Source of the DNA: Antarctobacter sp.
GTDB lineage: Bacteria; Pseudomonadota; Alphaproteobacteria; Rhodobacterales; Rhodobacteraceae
Length of the DNA: 64,000 nucleotides
Reading direction: 5' to 3'
Assembly (NCBI RefSeq): GCF_034670325.1
Contig: NZ_JAXMNR010000012.1
Coordinates: forward strand, 16,350-80,349
The position numbers and the translations under genes are program-made. Shown here one piece after another: positions 37,607 to 48,104 of this stretch (positions are counted from its first letter, which is position 1; each line of letters begins with the position of its first letter). The notes beneath the pieces are model-generated. The model searched no databases, had not been told where the DNA came from, and saw only the letters and a list, made by a program, of their open reading frames with translations.

Positions 37607-38479
37607 TTACCCGGTCTGACCCACGGCCATCTCGACAATCCGGGCGTGCAGGGCAACCATGTCGGCGGGAAAGCGGGGCAGGGGCTGACCGGCGGCAGCG
37701 GCAAGTTTTTGATGCAAGACCAGGAACTCCCCCGACACGACCGAGCCGACAGCAGTCTGCGCGGGCCCGGTCAGCGCCTCTTCAAGAGGCACGAACTCCA
37801 CGCCCTCGGACTTTAGGCGCGCGAAGTAGGCTGAGGCGATGTCGGCGAAGAAGGGCACGTTGTGGCCCAGCGTGATGCCGATTTGGGGCGCGCCGAACCA
37901 GGCCTCCGCCGCCGCCATATCGTGCCGAAGCTGCGCGACGGAAAAGTCGAGGAAACTTTCCCTGACAAAGGTCTGCGCCTCGGTGTCCCGCGCGTCCAGC
38001 GCATTGCGATAAGCCCTGTTCCAGGTCCATTCAAAGGCCCATGAATGCACGTCCACCGGCGTCAGGCCTCGCTTCTTTAGGTGCGCGTTCACGCGGGCCA
38101 GCTTGTCCGCGGTCTCGCCCCAGTGGCAGAGGGGATGGCGGAACAGCTGTCGCGGTGCTTTGGACAACCACGGGGCCAGGCGTGCCTCGGCCAAGTCGAT
38201 ATCGGCAATGAACGCCTCGGCTGTCACATCGGGAAGCTCGATATGACCGTGGGTATGGTTGGCGACATGGTGTCCGTCGGCCACCCAATCGTCGAGGATG
38301 GCGGCAAATTCGGGGTGTTTGTCCAGCGGCCAGGAGTTGCAGAAGGCATAGACGCCCGTGATGCGGTGGTCTGCCAGCGCGGCGCGGATCGCATCGACGA
38401 TCCCGGCAGCGGTGTAGCCGACCGGTGGATAGGACTGCGGCCACAAGGGCAGATCGTCCATGGTAAAGGCGATCATCAT
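37607..38479 (-). CDS. polysaccharide deacetylase family protein
   Basis: NodB-homology motifs (FTMDD, HTHGHIEL). Confidence 0.7.
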   Translation of the reverse strand: MMIAFTMDDLPLWPQSYPPVGYTAAGIVDAIRAALADHRITGVYAFCNSWPLDKHPEFAAILDDWVADGHHVANHTHGHIELPDVTAEAFIADIDLAEARLAPWLSKAPRQLFRHPLCHWGETADKLARVNAHLKKRGLTPVDVHSWAFEWTWNRAYRNALDARDTEAQTFVRESFLDFSVAQLRHDMAAAEAWFGAPQIGITLGHNVPFFADIASAYFARLKSEGVEFVPLEEALTGPAQTAVGSVVSGEFLVLHQKLAAAAGQPLPRFPADMVALHARIVEMAVGQTG

Positions 38480-38669
38480 GGCCGTCCTCCGCGCGCTGCC
38501 GTTCGGTCCCGCCCGGCAGGGCGCCGGGCTTTACCCCTTGGCTATCTGGTGAGGGCGGCTGTGTCGAGCGCGGCGACGTGCAGAGGTTTCTCAGCCAAAG
38601 TCCCGGCGCGCGGGTCAATCCGCGCGCCATGTTTTGCAGGGCCGGTCCCGCGCCAGCCGGAGGTTGGTC

Positions 38670-39833
38670 TCAGCTCCAGTCGCCGGAGAACCCCTTTGGC
38701 ACCATCAGGATGTCGCGGTTCACGGTGTTGATGTCCGTATGCCCACAGAGCGCCATGGAATGATCCAGTTCCTTGTGAATGACCTGCAAGGCCTCTGTCA
38801 CGCCCTGCTCTCCGCGTGCGCCCAACCCGTAGACATAGGCCCGGCCGATCCAAGCCGCCTTGGCCCCAAGCGCCCGCGCCTTGAGCACGTCCTGACCGGA
38901 CCGCACGCCGCTGTCCATATGCACCTCGATCTTGTCCCCCACCGCGTCCATGATCGGCTCCAGCGCGCGGATCGAGGACAGCGCCCCATCCAGTTGCCGT
39001 CCGCCGTGGTTGGACACGACGATCGCATCGGCGCCGACATTGCAGGCCTCCAGCGCATCGCGCGGGTCGATGATTCCCTTGATGATCAGCGGCCCGTCCC
39101 ACATCTTGCGGAACTCGCGGATACGGTCCCAGTTCAGTGACTGGTCAAAGCTTTCTGCGGTCCAAGTCGCCAGCGAGGATGGATCGGTGACCCCGCTTGC
39201 ATGACCCACGATATTGCCAAAGAACCGCCGCTTGGTCTGCAACATTCCCAGACCCCAGCCGACCTTGGTCATCATGTTGGCAACCGACTTCGGCGTCAGC
39301 TTGGGCGGGGCGGACAGGCCGTTCTTGAGATCCTTGTGCCGTTGTCCCAGCAGTTGCAGATCGACGGTGATCACCGCTGCGGAACAGTTGGCCGCTTTTG
39401 CGCGGTCAAAGAGGTTCTGCATGAACGCATTGTCCTTGAGCGTGTAGACCTGCATCCAGAACGGCTTGTCCGTGTTTTCGGCCACGTCCTCGATCGAACA
39501 GATCGACATGGTGGACAGGCAGTAGGGCACGCCGAATTTCGCCGCCGCACGGGCGGCGAGGATCTCGCCGTCGGCGTGCTGCATTCCGGTCAGGCCGACC
39601 GGGGCCAGCGCCACCGGCATTGCCGCGTCATTGCCGATGATTTGCGTTTTTGTGGACCGGCCCGCCATGTCGACCGCCACACGCTGCCGAAGGTAGATGT
39701 CGTCGAAATCCGAAGAGTTCTCACGGAAGGTCTGTTCTGTCCAACTGCCGGATTCGCAGTAGTCGTAAAACATTTTGGGGACACGGCGGCGGTAGAGGCG
39801 TTTGAGATCCTCGATTTCGGTAATGACGGGCAT
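38670..39833 (-). CDS. lldD: FMN-dependent L-lactate dehydrogenase / alpha-hydroxy-acid dehydrogenase
   Basis: The N-terminus (ITEIEDLKRLYRRRVPKMFYDYCESGSWTEQTF) and the TIM-barrel FMN-dehydrogenase core (SNHGGRQLD) are diagnostic. Confidence 0.85.
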   Translation of the reverse strand: MPVITEIEDLKRLYRRRVPKMFYDYCESGSWTEQTFRENSSDFDDIYLRQRVAVDMAGRSTKTQIIGNDAAMPVALAPVGLTGMQHADGEILAARAAAKFGVPYCLSTMSICSIEDVAENTDKPFWMQVYTLKDNAFMQNLFDRAKAANCSAAVITVDLQLLGQRHKDLKNGLSAPPKLTPKSVANMMTKVGWGLGMLQTKRRFFGNIVGHASGVTDPSSLATWTAESFDQSLNWDRIREFRKMWDGPLIIKGIIDPRDALEACNVGADAIVVSNHGGRQLDGALSSIRALEPIMDAVGDKIEVHMDSGVRSGQDVLKARALGAKAAWIGRAYVYGLGARGEQGVTEALQVIHKELDHSMALCGHTDINTVNRDILMVPKGFSGDWS

Positions 39834-39852
39834 GCACGGCGCTTTCTAAGGA

Positions 39853-39875
39853 ATTGGTAAGTTTCGATTACCAAT
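39853..39875. promoter_or_regulatory. palindrome AATTGGTAA-N7-TTACCAATT, a PdhR/LldR-type (FadR-subfamily GntR) operator-like dyad in the divergent lldD/hnoX promoter region
   Basis: Perfect inverted repeat TTGGTAA / TTACCAA. Confidence 0.4.
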
Positions 39876-39962
39876 AATGTAGGTTTTTTGCAATGCGACT
39901 CTTAAGACAGCGTTCACCGCAGTGCGCTATCGCATCAGCATTAAGGTCAAGGAGTTGCTGCT

Positions 39963-40499
39963 ATGAAAGGTGTTGTTTTCACCGAATTCCTGGAGATGAC
40001 GGAACAGGCCATCGGTGAAGACGCGGTTGATGACCTTTTGGACCAGTTGGATCTGGAATCTGGCGCGGCTTATACATCTGTGGGGCATTACCCCTGCGCC
40101 GAATTGATGCGGATCGTCGGTGCGGTCAGCGATCTGACCGGCGTTTCCCGCGATGATCTGCAACGCAAGCTGGGCGGTTGGATGCATACCCGTTTCGTCC
40201 AGATCTACCCGCAGTTTTTCAGGGACAAGACCACCGCGCTGGACATGCTGGACGCGATCGAGACGGAGGTTCACGCCGAGGTGCGCAAGCTGTATCCGGA
40301 TGCAGAGCTTCCGCGGTTTGAAACCGTCAGGACCGGTGCCGATAGCCTGCGGATGACCTATCGGTCCGACCGTCCTCTTGTTGCTTTTTGTCACGGGTTG
40401 GTCGAGGCGTGCATCGACCATTTCGGGGGGCGCGCAACGCTCGTTGTAGACCGGGTGTCGGCCCGCGAGGCGGTGTTCGACGTGCGGCTGGAGCGATGA
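39963..40499 (+). CDS. hnoX: H-NOX (heme nitric oxide/oxygen-binding) domain protein
   Basis: Starts MKGVVFTEFLEMTE. Conserved proximal His (EVHAEVRKLYP) and the Y-x-S-x-R motif (YRSDR). The overall pattern matches the Shewanella and Vibrio H-NOX proteins. Confidence 0.8.
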   Translation: MKGVVFTEFLEMTEQAIGEDAVDDLLDQLDLESGAAYTSVGHYPCAELMRIVGAVSDLTGVSRDDLQRKLGGWMHTRFVQIYPQFFRDKTTALDMLDAIETEVHAEVRKLYPDAELPRFETVRTGADSLRMTYRSDRPLVAFCHGLVEACIDHFGGRATLVVDRVSAREAVFDVRLER

Positions 40500-40502
40500 G
40501 GC

Positions 40503-41852
40503 ATGGGCCATATCGCGCAGAACAACGCAGATGGTCGGGTTTCGCGCCGGCGCTATGAACGAGAGCGGGCGGCGCGCAAAGAGGCGGAAATGCTGCTTGA
40601 GGCCAAGAGCCGCGCCCTGTTCGAGGCGAATGCCGCGCTGAAAACGCAGGCTTCCGCGTTGGAACAGGCCGTGCGGGATCGCACGCGGGAATACGAATCC
40701 GCCAAGATCGCTGCCGAATCCGCCAGCACCGCCAAGAGCGGTTTTCTGGCCATGATCAGCCATGAAATACGCACGCCGCTGAACGGTGTGCTGGGTATGG
40801 CGACGGCGCTTGTGGAAAGCGATTTGGAAAGGGACCAAAAGGAGATGGCCGAAGTCATCCAGTCGTGCGGATTGTCGCTGCTGGAGCTTTTGAACGACCT
40901 TTTGGACCTGTCCAAGATCGAAGCCCACAAAATGGAGCTTGAAGAGCGTGATTTCGACCTCGATGCGCTGTGCCACGAAATCCGTCAGGTCTATAAACCA
41001 AGGGCCGAGGCGAAAGGCCTTGAACTGGTACTTAGGCAGGACAGCCGCGCGCAGGGCTGGCTGTGCAGCGATCCGACGCGACTGAGGCAGGTAATCACCA
41101 ATCTGGTGTCGAATGCCCTGAAGTTCACCGGGACCGGCGGTGTGTATCTGGATTTCACCCGTGTGGGTGACGTGCTGGAATTGCAGGTGCGCGACACGGG
41201 GCCCGGCGTGCCCTTGGAAAAACGCGAGCGGTTGTTCGAGGCTTTTACGCAGGCGGATGCCTCGATCACGCGCAAGTTCGGCGGCACCGGGCTGGGGTTG
41301 GCGATCGCGCGCAGGATTTGTCGGTTGATGGGTGGCGATCTGTTTTATCAATCCGTACCAGAGGGCGGGTCCCGCTTTGTCGCCCGCATCAGGGTCCGCG
41401 ATGCCCGCCCAAGGTCTCTGACGGACGGCGACGCCGCCAAACGGACAGAGGCGGTGCTGCGCGCGCGTCCTTGGCGCGTTCTGGTGGCGGAGGACAGTGA
41501 GACGAACCAGCGGGTGCTGCGGCTGCTCTTGCGGCGTTACGCATTGAGAATCGACATGGTCAACGACGGGTCCGCAGCGGTCGAGGCGCATTTCATGGCC
41601 CCATACGATCTGATCCTGATGGATGTAAACATGCCGGTCATGAACGGGTTGGAGGCCGCGGCCATGATCCGACAGGTCGAGGCGGCGCGCGAGTTAGTGC
41701 GCGTTCCTATCATCGCGCTGACCGCCAATGCCATGACGCATCAGGTCAGCAGTTATCTGCGGCAGGGGATCGACGCCCATGTCGCCAAACCCGTCAAACG
41801 CGAAGAGCTGACTGCAAGCATGGGCCGATTGTTGCGACCTCAGGCCGAGTGA
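40503..41852 (+). CDS. H-NOX-associated hybrid histidine kinase (HisKA-HATPase-REC)
   Basis: H-box [17 protein letters not shown]-boxes (GTGLGLAI) and a C-terminal receiver domain ([12 protein letters not shown] ... [11 protein letters not shown]). It starts 4 nt after the hnoX stop. Confidence 0.85.
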   Translation: MGHIAQNNADGRVSRRRYERERAARKEAEMLLEAKSRALFEANAALKTQASALEQAVRDRTREYESAKIAAESASTAKSGFLAMISHEIRTPLNGVLGMATALVESDLERDQKEMAEVIQSCGLSLLELLNDLLDLSKIEAHKMELEERDFDLDALCHEIRQVYKPRAEAKGLELVLRQDSRAQGWLCSDPTRLRQVITNLVSNALKFTGTGGVYLDFTRVGDVLELQVRDTGPGVPLEKRERLFEAFTQADASITRKFGGTGLGLAIARRICRLMGGDLFYQSVPEGGSRFVARIRVRDARPRSLTDGDAAKRTEAVLRARPWRVLVAEDSETNQRVLRLLLRRYALRIDMVNDGSAAVEAHFMAPYDLILMDVNMPVMNGLEAAAMIRQVEAARELVRVPIIALTANAMTHQVSSYLRQGIDAHVAKPVKREELTASMGRLLRPQAE

Positions 41853-42631
41853 GCGCCCTCTGCCAGCCCAGCCACAAAGGACAGGATCTCACCCACGGAT
41901 TTGCCCGCAGCGATTTCTGACACGATGGCAGAGCCAACCACGCAACCATCCGCAACCGAGGCGATCTCACGGCTGGTATCCGGCGTGCGGATGCCGAACC
42001 CGACAATCACCGGAAGGTCGGTCTTGGCCTTGATCCGGGCCACTTCGGGGGCGACGTCCGCCGCCTGCGCCGCAGCCGCGCCGGTGATTCCGGTGATCGA
42101 GACATAGTAGACAAAACCAGATGTGTTCTGCAGCACCTTTGGCAGGCGCTTGTCGTCGGTGGTCGGCGTGGCGAGGCGGATAAAGTTGAGGCCAGCGGCC
42201 TGCGCGGGAATGCACAGTTCCTCATCCTCTTCGGGCGGAAGATCGACGATGATCAGCCCGTCGATGCCAGCCTCGTTCGCCTGTTCCAGAAACTTCTCCA
42301 CGCCGCGCGAGTAAATCGGGTTGTAATAGCCCATCAGCACGATCGGCGTGGTGTCATCCCCGGCGCGGAAATCGCGCACCATCTGCAGGGTGCGGTCCAG
42401 CGTCATGCCACCCTCAAGCGCGCGCTGGCCGGCCAACTGGATCGTCGGCCCGTCTGCCATGGGATCGGTAAAGGGCAGGCCCAGTTCGATCACGTCCACG
42501 CCTGCACCGGGAAGGCCCTTCATAACTGCCAGCGAGGTGTCCACGTCGGGATCACCGGCCATGATATAGGAGACAAAGGCTTTCCGTCCCTCGGCTTGCA
42601 GCCGGGCGAAGGTGGATTCGATGCGTGTCAT
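41840..42631 (-). CDS. trpA: tryptophan synthase alpha chain
   Basis: The TrpA N-terminus ([10 protein letters not shown]) and the alpha-subunit fold are recognisable. It is separated from trpB by about 11 kb. Confidence 0.85.
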   Translation of the reverse strand: MTRIESTFARLQAEGRKAFVSYIMAGDPDVDTSLAVMKGLPGAGVDVIELGLPFTDPMADGPTIQLAGQRALEGGMTLDRTLQMVRDFRAGDDTTPIVLMGYYNPIYSRGVEKFLEQANEAGIDGLIIVDLPPEEDEELCIPAQAAGLNFIRLATPTTDDKRLPKVLQNTSGFVYYVSITGITGAAAAQAADVAPEVARIKAKTDLPVIVGFGIRTPDTSREIASVADGCVVGSAIVSEIAAGKSVGEILSFVAGLAEGAHSA

Positions 42632-42798
42632 GGCTCACTCCCTGCAAGGCTTTCGCGTCTTGCCGGATGCGCGCGGGAAAAGCAATGGCGGGCAGAACCT
42701 GAGCAATGCAGAACGATTTGTTCCGCGTTCTTGACGTGCCGCAAAGTGCGCGCGGCGATTTTCTGCGAAAATAGCATGGAGAGACAGAAGGAGACCCC

Positions 42799-43806
42799 AT
42801 GCCGCCAGAGAATTCCGCCCCCGTCGCCCTTGATCCTGTAAATGACGCCGAGACTGCCATGCCCGCAGTTGAGGTGTCGGCGTCCGAAAGCGCGCCTGAA
42901 AGCGTGGAGGTCGTTGCACCGACGGTGTCCCGGTCGCCAGTTGACCGGCGACACCCGTCAACGGATGAGATTCGCCGCGCCTTTGAGACCGGCGAATACC
43001 CCTATGACACCAAGGTGTCGCGCCGCGCCTATGAGCGCGACAAGGCCCGGTTGCAGGCAGAGTTGCTGAAGGTCCAGATATGGGCGCAGGAGACCGGGCA
43101 GAAATTTGTGCTTTTGTTCGAGGGGCGTGATGCCGCGGGCAAGGGTGGCACGATCAAACGTTTTACCGAACACCTCAACCCCCGAACCGCCCGTGTGGTC
43201 GCGTTGAACAAACCCACCGATGATGAGCGCGGCCAGTGGTATTTCCAGCGCTACATTGATCACCTGCCGACCAGCGGCGAAATCGTCCTGTATGACAGGT
43301 CGTGGTACAACCGCGCGGGTGTCGAGCGGGTGATGGGCTTCTGTGAACCCAGCGATTATCTGGAATTCATGCGCCAGACCCCTGATCTGGAACGCATGTT
43401 GGTGCGGTCTGGCATCCATCTTTACAAATACTGGTTCTCGGTCACGCAACAGGAACAGCGCGCGCGTTTTTCCAGCCGTGAGACCGACCCCCTGAAACAG
43501 TGGAAGCTGTCGCCGATTGATCTGGCCAGCCTGAACAAGTGGGACGATTACACAGAGGCCAAGGAGGCGATGTTCTTTTACACCGATACCGCCGATGCGC
43601 CTTGGACGGTGATCAAGTCCGACGACAAGAAACGCGCGCGGCTGAACTGTATGCGGCATTTCCTGTCATCGCTGGACTATCCGGGCAAGGACCCCAAGAT
43701 TGCCCGCGCGCCCGATCCGCTGATCGTGGGCGGGGCAGGGCATGTGATCCACCGGTCGGATCACATCCTTGGCAAGGCTCTGCACCCCGACACGCGGCGT
43801 AGCTGA
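42799..43806 (+). CDS. ppk2: polyphosphate kinase 2 family (PPK2)
   Basis: Walker A FEGRDAAGKGGTIKR and the PPK2 lid (WYFQRY ... YDRSWYNRAGVERV). Confidence 0.85.
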   Translation: MPPENSAPVALDPVNDAETAMPAVEVSASESAPESVEVVAPTVSRSPVDRRHPSTDEIRRAFETGEYPYDTKVSRRAYERDKARLQAELLKVQIWAQETGQKFVLLFEGRDAAGKGGTIKRFTEHLNPRTARVVALNKPTDDERGQWYFQRYIDHLPTSGEIVLYDRSWYNRAGVERVMGFCEPSDYLEFMRQTPDLERMLVRSGIHLYKYWFSVTQQEQRARFSSRETDPLKQWKLSPIDLASLNKWDDYTEAKEAMFFYTDTADAPWTVIKSDDKKRARLNCMRHFLSSLDYPGKDPKIARAPDPLIVGGAGHVIHRSDHILGKALHPDTRRS

Positions 43807-43809
43807 GGG

Positions 43810-44454
43810 TCAGGCGACTTCGTCGCCCAGCCAGTCCATGAGCGGCGCAAGATGGGTAATGGCCTGCTTGATCGTATCCTCGGGGTCTAGGGCAAGGCCC
43901 TCGTCCAGATTGTCCCGCCATGCGACAAACCCCTTGTGCCGCAACAATTCCTCGCGGGGGTGGTCGGCGGGGTAGGGGGATGGCACACGTTGAAGCGCGG
44001 GCGCGTCCACCCGCCATCCCACCTTGGCGATCATATCCGCCAGCGCAGCGCCGTGGTCCGAGGCCACGGCCTCGCGCCAGCGGTCAAGTTGCGCCGGTTC
44101 AAAGCCCATCATGCCTGCGCCAAGGGTCGCATATTCGGGGGAAACGCCCAACATCCACGCCCGACCATCAGGAAGAGACCACATCATGTGAAGATGGATG
44201 TGATAGGGGGTCTTGTCCTCAGCGAACCGCACATCGCGGTGCGGGCGGAACAGTTTGGTGCGCGGAGTCACGCCCAGCGTGTCACCCATCCAGTTGGCGA
44301 TTTGCGCCAACAGCTTTTCCGACGGGCGTTTGAGGTCGCTGTCGTAGCGCGACTTGTTGGCTTTGAACCAGTCGCGATCATTGTTTGCAGCCAACTCGGC
44401 AAGGAACGCCCGAGCGTCCGGCAAGAGCCGGTTGAGATCGACAGGTTCGGCCAT
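43810..44454 (-). CDS. DUF2461 (TIGR02453) family conserved hypothetical protein
   Basis: Start at MAEPVDLNRL. The typical DUF2461 pattern is present (FKANKSRYDSDLKRP ... FRPHRDVRF). The ORF extends to 44616. Confidence 0.6.
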   Translation of the reverse strand: MAEPVDLNRLLPDARAFLAELAANNDRDWFKANKSRYDSDLKRPSEKLLAQIANWMGDTLGVTPRTKLFRPHRDVRFAEDKTPYHIHLHMMWSLPDGRAWMLGVSPEYATLGAGMMGFEPAQLDRWREAVASDHGAALADMIAKVGWRVDAPALQRVPSPYPADHPREELLRHKGFVAWRDNLDEGLALDPEDTIKQAITHLAPLMDWLGDEVA

Positions 44455-44555
44455 GAAGCGGCTCCATGCAGGAGGGTGCACCCAGCTTACCACAGGATTG
44501 CCTGCGGCGCACCTGCGCCCTTGCCACGACATGGTCCGATGCGTAAGGGCAGGCC

Positions 44556-45926
44556 ATGACCCGCCCAGACAGCCATATAATGCACACGCGGTCCATTCTG
44601 CGTCTTGGCCTGCCATTGATTGGCGGGCATCTGGCGCAATTTGCCATCGGTCTGACCGATACGATCATGATGGGGTGGTACGGGGTGCCGGAACTTGCCG
44701 CGCTGACGCTGGCGGGGTCGTTCTTTTTCACGCTGTTCCTGTTCGGGTCGGGCTTTGCATGGGCGATCATGCCGATGGTCGCGCGCTTTGCCGCGATGGG
44801 CGATGAGGTGCAGGTGCGGCGGGCCACGCGCATGGCGCTGTGGCTGTCGATCATCTACGCCCTGCTGATCCTGCCACTGCTCTGGTATTCCGGTACGATC
44901 CTGACGGCGATCGGTCAGAAAGAGGCCATCGCGCAGATGGCGCAGGTCTATTTGCGGACCCTATCCATTGGCATGTTGCCTGCGCTGGGCGTGATGGTGT
45001 TGAAAAGCTATCTTGCCGGGCTGGAACACACCCGCGTTGTGTTGTGGATCACCATTGCGGCCGCAGGGGCCAATGCGCTGGTCAACTATATGCTGATCTT
45101 TGGCAATTGGGGCGCGCCCGAGATGGGGATCGCGGGCGCGGCTGTGGCCTCTGTCACGGTGCAGCTTGTGTCTTTGGGGCTGATCGTCGTCTACGCGCTG
45201 CGCATCCTGCCCGAACACGAGCTGTTCGTGCGGTTCTGGAAACCCGACTGGGAGATGTTCGCCCGGGTCTTTCAGTTGGGCTGGCCCATCGGGCTGACCA
45301 CATTGGCCGAGGTGGCGCTTTTCGCGGCTTCTGCGGTTCTTATGGGCTGGCTGGGCACAATCCCGCTGGCGGCGCATGGTGTTGCAATCCAGATCGCGAC
45401 GGCGGCCTTTATGGTGCAGGTCGGCCTGTCCAATGCCGCCACGGTGCGCGCGGGCGCGGCCCTTGGGCGTGGGGACATCGCCAACCTGCTGCGCGGGGCC
45501 GAGGTGGTCGCCCTGCTGGGCGCGGTCGCGGTTGCGGTGACGGTGGCCGTTTTCCTTGTCTTCCCAGAGGCGCTGATGGGGCTGTTCATCGACCCGACGG
45601 ACCCGGACCGCGACGCGATCATCGCAACGGGACGCGGACTGTTGATCATGGCGGCGCTGTTTCAGGCCGTGGACGCCGCGCAGGTGATCCACATCGGTCT
45701 GCTGCGCGGATTGCAGGACACCCGCGTGCCGATGATCATGGCGGGGGTCGCCTATTGGGGGGTCGGAATGCCCTGCGCCTGGTTGTTCGGAATCTACTTT
45801 GACTGGGGCGGCGAGGGGATCTGGATGGGCCTTGTGTTCGGCCTTGCGGTGGCCGCCGTGTTGTTGATGCAGCGGTTCTGGCGGCAGAGTCCCACGATTG
45901 TGGCGCGTCATCTGGCACACGGGTAA
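44556..45926 (+). CDS. MATE family efflux transporter (second copy)
   Basis: 456 aa and polytopic. MATE N-terminus (ILRLGLPLIGGHLAQFAIGLTDTIMMG). Confidence 0.8.
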   Translation: MTRPDSHIMHTRSILRLGLPLIGGHLAQFAIGLTDTIMMGWYGVPELAALTLAGSFFFTLFLFGSGFAWAIMPMVARFAAMGDEVQVRRATRMALWLSIIYALLILPLLWYSGTILTAIGQKEAIAQMAQVYLRTLSIGMLPALGVMVLKSYLAGLEHTRVVLWITIAAAGANALVNYMLIFGNWGAPEMGIAGAAVASVTVQLVSLGLIVVYALRILPEHELFVRFWKPDWEMFARVFQLGWPIGLTTLAEVALFAASAVLMGWLGTIPLAAHGVAIQIATAAFMVQVGLSNAATVRAGAALGRGDIANLLRGAEVVALLGAVAVAVTVAVFLVFPEALMGLFIDPTDPDRDAIIATGRGLLIMAALFQAVDAAQVIHIGLLRGLQDTRVPMIMAGVAYWGVGMPCAWLFGIYFDWGGEGIWMGLVFGLAVAAVLLMQRFWRQSPTIVARHLAHG

Positions 45927-46064
45927 CGGTTTTGACGTCCGATGGCGACTGGAGGTATTCCGCCATTGAGCGAATGCAGCACCAGTGATTAAGTGCGTCT
46001 ATCGGGCTGGAAACGCGGCCTGCAACACTCATGGACCTCAGGACAGTTTTCAGGAGACATCATT

Positions 46065-46445
46065 ATGGCAAACACCATGGACGCGGCCGCCGGCGGGTAT
46101 ACCCGCGAAGTCGGCATGGTTGAAGCACTCAAGCTTTTCTTCAGCAACTACATCAATTTCGAGGGCCGGTCGAACCGCGGCGAGTTGTGGTGGGCCGCGC
46201 TGGCCTTGTTCCTTATCTCGCTGGCGCTCGGCCTGGTCGATGCCATGCTGGGGATGCAGCTTTTCGGCGCGATCTTCTCTCTGGCGACATTGGTGCCGGG
46301 CATCGCCATCGGCGTCCGCCGCCTGCATGACATCGACAAATCGGGCTGGTGGTACCTGATCATACTTGTGCCGATCGTCGGCGCACTGGTGCTGATCTAC
46401 TTCTTTGTCCAGAAACCGACACCGGGTCCGAACCGTTTCGGCTGA
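46065..46445 (+). CDS. DUF805 family inner-membrane protein
   Basis: Contains the DUF805 hallmark FEGRSNRGELWW. AGGAGA Shine-Dalgarno. The ORF extends to 45993. Confidence 0.7.
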   Translation: MANTMDAAAGGYTREVGMVEALKLFFSNYINFEGRSNRGELWWAALALFLISLALGLVDAMLGMQLFGAIFSLATLVPGIAIGVRRLHDIDKSGWWYLIILVPIVGALVLIYFFVQKPTPGPNRFG

Positions 46446-46473
46446 AACGGCTTTCGACATTGACCGACATGAC

Positions 46474-46503
46474 CCCTCTTCCTGCTTGGAAGAGGGGTTT
46501 TGC
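46474..46503 (+). terminator. rho-independent terminator
   Basis: CCCCTCTTCC-tgctt-GGAAGAGGGG followed by TTTTG. Confidence 0.8.
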
Positions 46504-46584
46504 GTTCCGCCGGACGTGTCGCGCCTTGCGCCGCTGCCCGCCCCCGACTAGAAGCGGCGCGTCACGCAAGATGGAGGGTGTCGC

Positions 46585-47682
46585 ATGGGCTTTCGGATGG
46601 GAATCGTGGGGCTGCCCAACGTGGGCAAGTCGACGCTGTTCAACGCGCTGACCAGAACCGCTGCGGCGCAAGCGGCAAACTTTCCCTTTTGCACGATCGA
46701 GCCGAACGTGGGGGATGTGGCAGTGCCCGACCCGCGGTTGGACCGGCTGGCCGGGATCGCACAATCCAAGCAGATCATCCCGACGCGGATCACCTTTGTC
46801 GACATCGCCGGTCTGGTCAAAGGGGCCTCCAAGGGTGAAGGGCTGGGCAACCAGTTTCTGGCCAACATCCGCGAGGTCGATGCCATCGCTCACGTGCTGC
46901 GCTGCTTCGAGGATGAGGACGTGACCCATGTGGACGGGCGCGTCGATCCGGTCTCTGACGCGGAGACCATCGAGACGGAATTGATCATTGCCGACATGGA
47001 ATCGCTGGAAAAGCGGTTGCAGAACATCGTGCGCAAGGTGCGCGGTGGCGACAAGGAAGCGATCCAACAGGAGCGTTTGATGAAACTGGCGCTTACCGCG
47101 CTGGAAGAGGGCAAGCCCGCCCGCGTGGTCGATGTGGATGAGGACGACCTCAAGGCATGGCGGATGATGCAACTGCTGACCGCCAAGCCGGTGCTGTATG
47201 TCTGCAACGTGGATGAGGCCGACGCCTCTGAGGGCAACGACCTGTCACGCAAGGTGGGTGAGATGGCCGCCGCGCAGGGCAATGCGCATGTGGTCATCAG
47301 CGCCAAGATCGAAGAAGAGATCAGCCAACTTGACGCCGAAGAGGCGACCGAGTTCCTGTCGGAACTTGGGCTTGCGGAGGCCGGGCTCGACCGTTTGATC
47401 AAGGCGGGCTACGAATTGCTGGGCTTGCAGACCTATTTCACTGTCGGGCCGAAAGAGGCGCGCGCCTGGACGATCCGCGAAGGCACGCTGGCACCGCAGG
47501 CGGCGGGTGTGATCCACGGCGATTTCGAGCGCGGCTTTATCCGCGCCGAAACGATTGCCTTTGACGACTACATCACCTGCAACGGCGAGATCGGCGCAAA
47601 GGACGCGGGCAAGATGCGCGCCGAGGGCAAGGGATATGAGGTCAAGGATGGCGACGTCCTGCACTTCCTCTTCAACACCTGA
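46585..47682 (+). CDS. ychF: ribosome-binding ATPase YchF (Obg-family GTPase)
   Basis: G1 motif [18 protein letters not shown], a TGS domain at the C-terminus. 365 aa. Confidence 0.9.
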   Translation: MGFRMGIVGLPNVGKSTLFNALTRTAAAQAANFPFCTIEPNVGDVAVPDPRLDRLAGIAQSKQIIPTRITFVDIAGLVKGASKGEGLGNQFLANIREVDAIAHVLRCFEDEDVTHVDGRVDPVSDAETIETELIIADMESLEKRLQNIVRKVRGGDKEAIQQERLMKLALTALEEGKPARVVDVDEDDLKAWRMMQLLTAKPVLYVCNVDEADASEGNDLSRKVGEMAAAQGNAHVVISAKIEEEISQLDAEEATEFLSELGLAEAGLDRLIKAGYELLGLQTYFTVGPKEARAWTIREGTLAPQAAGVIHGDFERGFIRAETIAFDDYITCNGEIGAKDAGKMRAEGKGYEVKDGDVLHFLFNT

Positions 47683-47791
47683 TCCCCGTCGCAACTTGTT
47701 GGTGGACGATCGCGCATGAAATCCCCTGGGTAAATTTGCCATTCGGGGATTTTCGGCTGCTTCTTGACGGGTCGTTCTCCGCCACCTCGGC

Positions 47792-48094
47792 CTAAGTCAT
47801 TGATTTTGCATTGACCCGGAAAACGCTGCTCCGATCGGGGCGGCGTTTGTCAGTGCGTTTTGCATGCTCAGGTCCGAATTTCTGAACCCAACGATAGATT
47901 GTTGATCGGTCGACACCGACGCCACGTTCCTCAAGCAGACCTGCGGCATCTTGGTGGGAAAGCGGGTAGCGCAGATACATACGTACGGCACATAGGATCA
48001 TGACCGCCGGAAATCTGTGGCGTTTGAAAGGCTGACATGGCGACATCGTGCACTTTGTTTTTGCCACGGTCCCAGTACCAAGCTTTTTATGCAA
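47792..48094 (-). pseudogene. IS6-family transposase N-terminal fragment (truncated)
   Basis: FKRHRFPAVMILCAVRMYLRYPLSHQDAAGLLEERGVGVDRSTIYRWVQKFGPE matches the IS6 (IS26-like) Tnp N-terminus. The ORF ends after ~100 aa and no DDE domain is present. Confidence 0.65.
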
Positions 48095-48104
48095 CAGTCC
48101 CCAT

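Noticed and set aside
39927-41591. 554-aa ORF on the minus strand
   Set aside because: Antisense to the hnoX and hybrid kinase genes, both of which have clear catalytic motifs. No motifs in the antisense frame.
44961-45920. 319-aa ORF on the minus strand
   Set aside because: Antisense to the second MATE transporter. His/Arg-rich low-complexity translation.
47773-47784. 10-bp match (TCTCCGCCAC) to the inverse of the tRNA-Ser 3' end, as a possible island border
   Set aside because: It is in inverted, not direct, orientation relative to the tRNA, and only 10 bp long. A chance match cannot be excluded.
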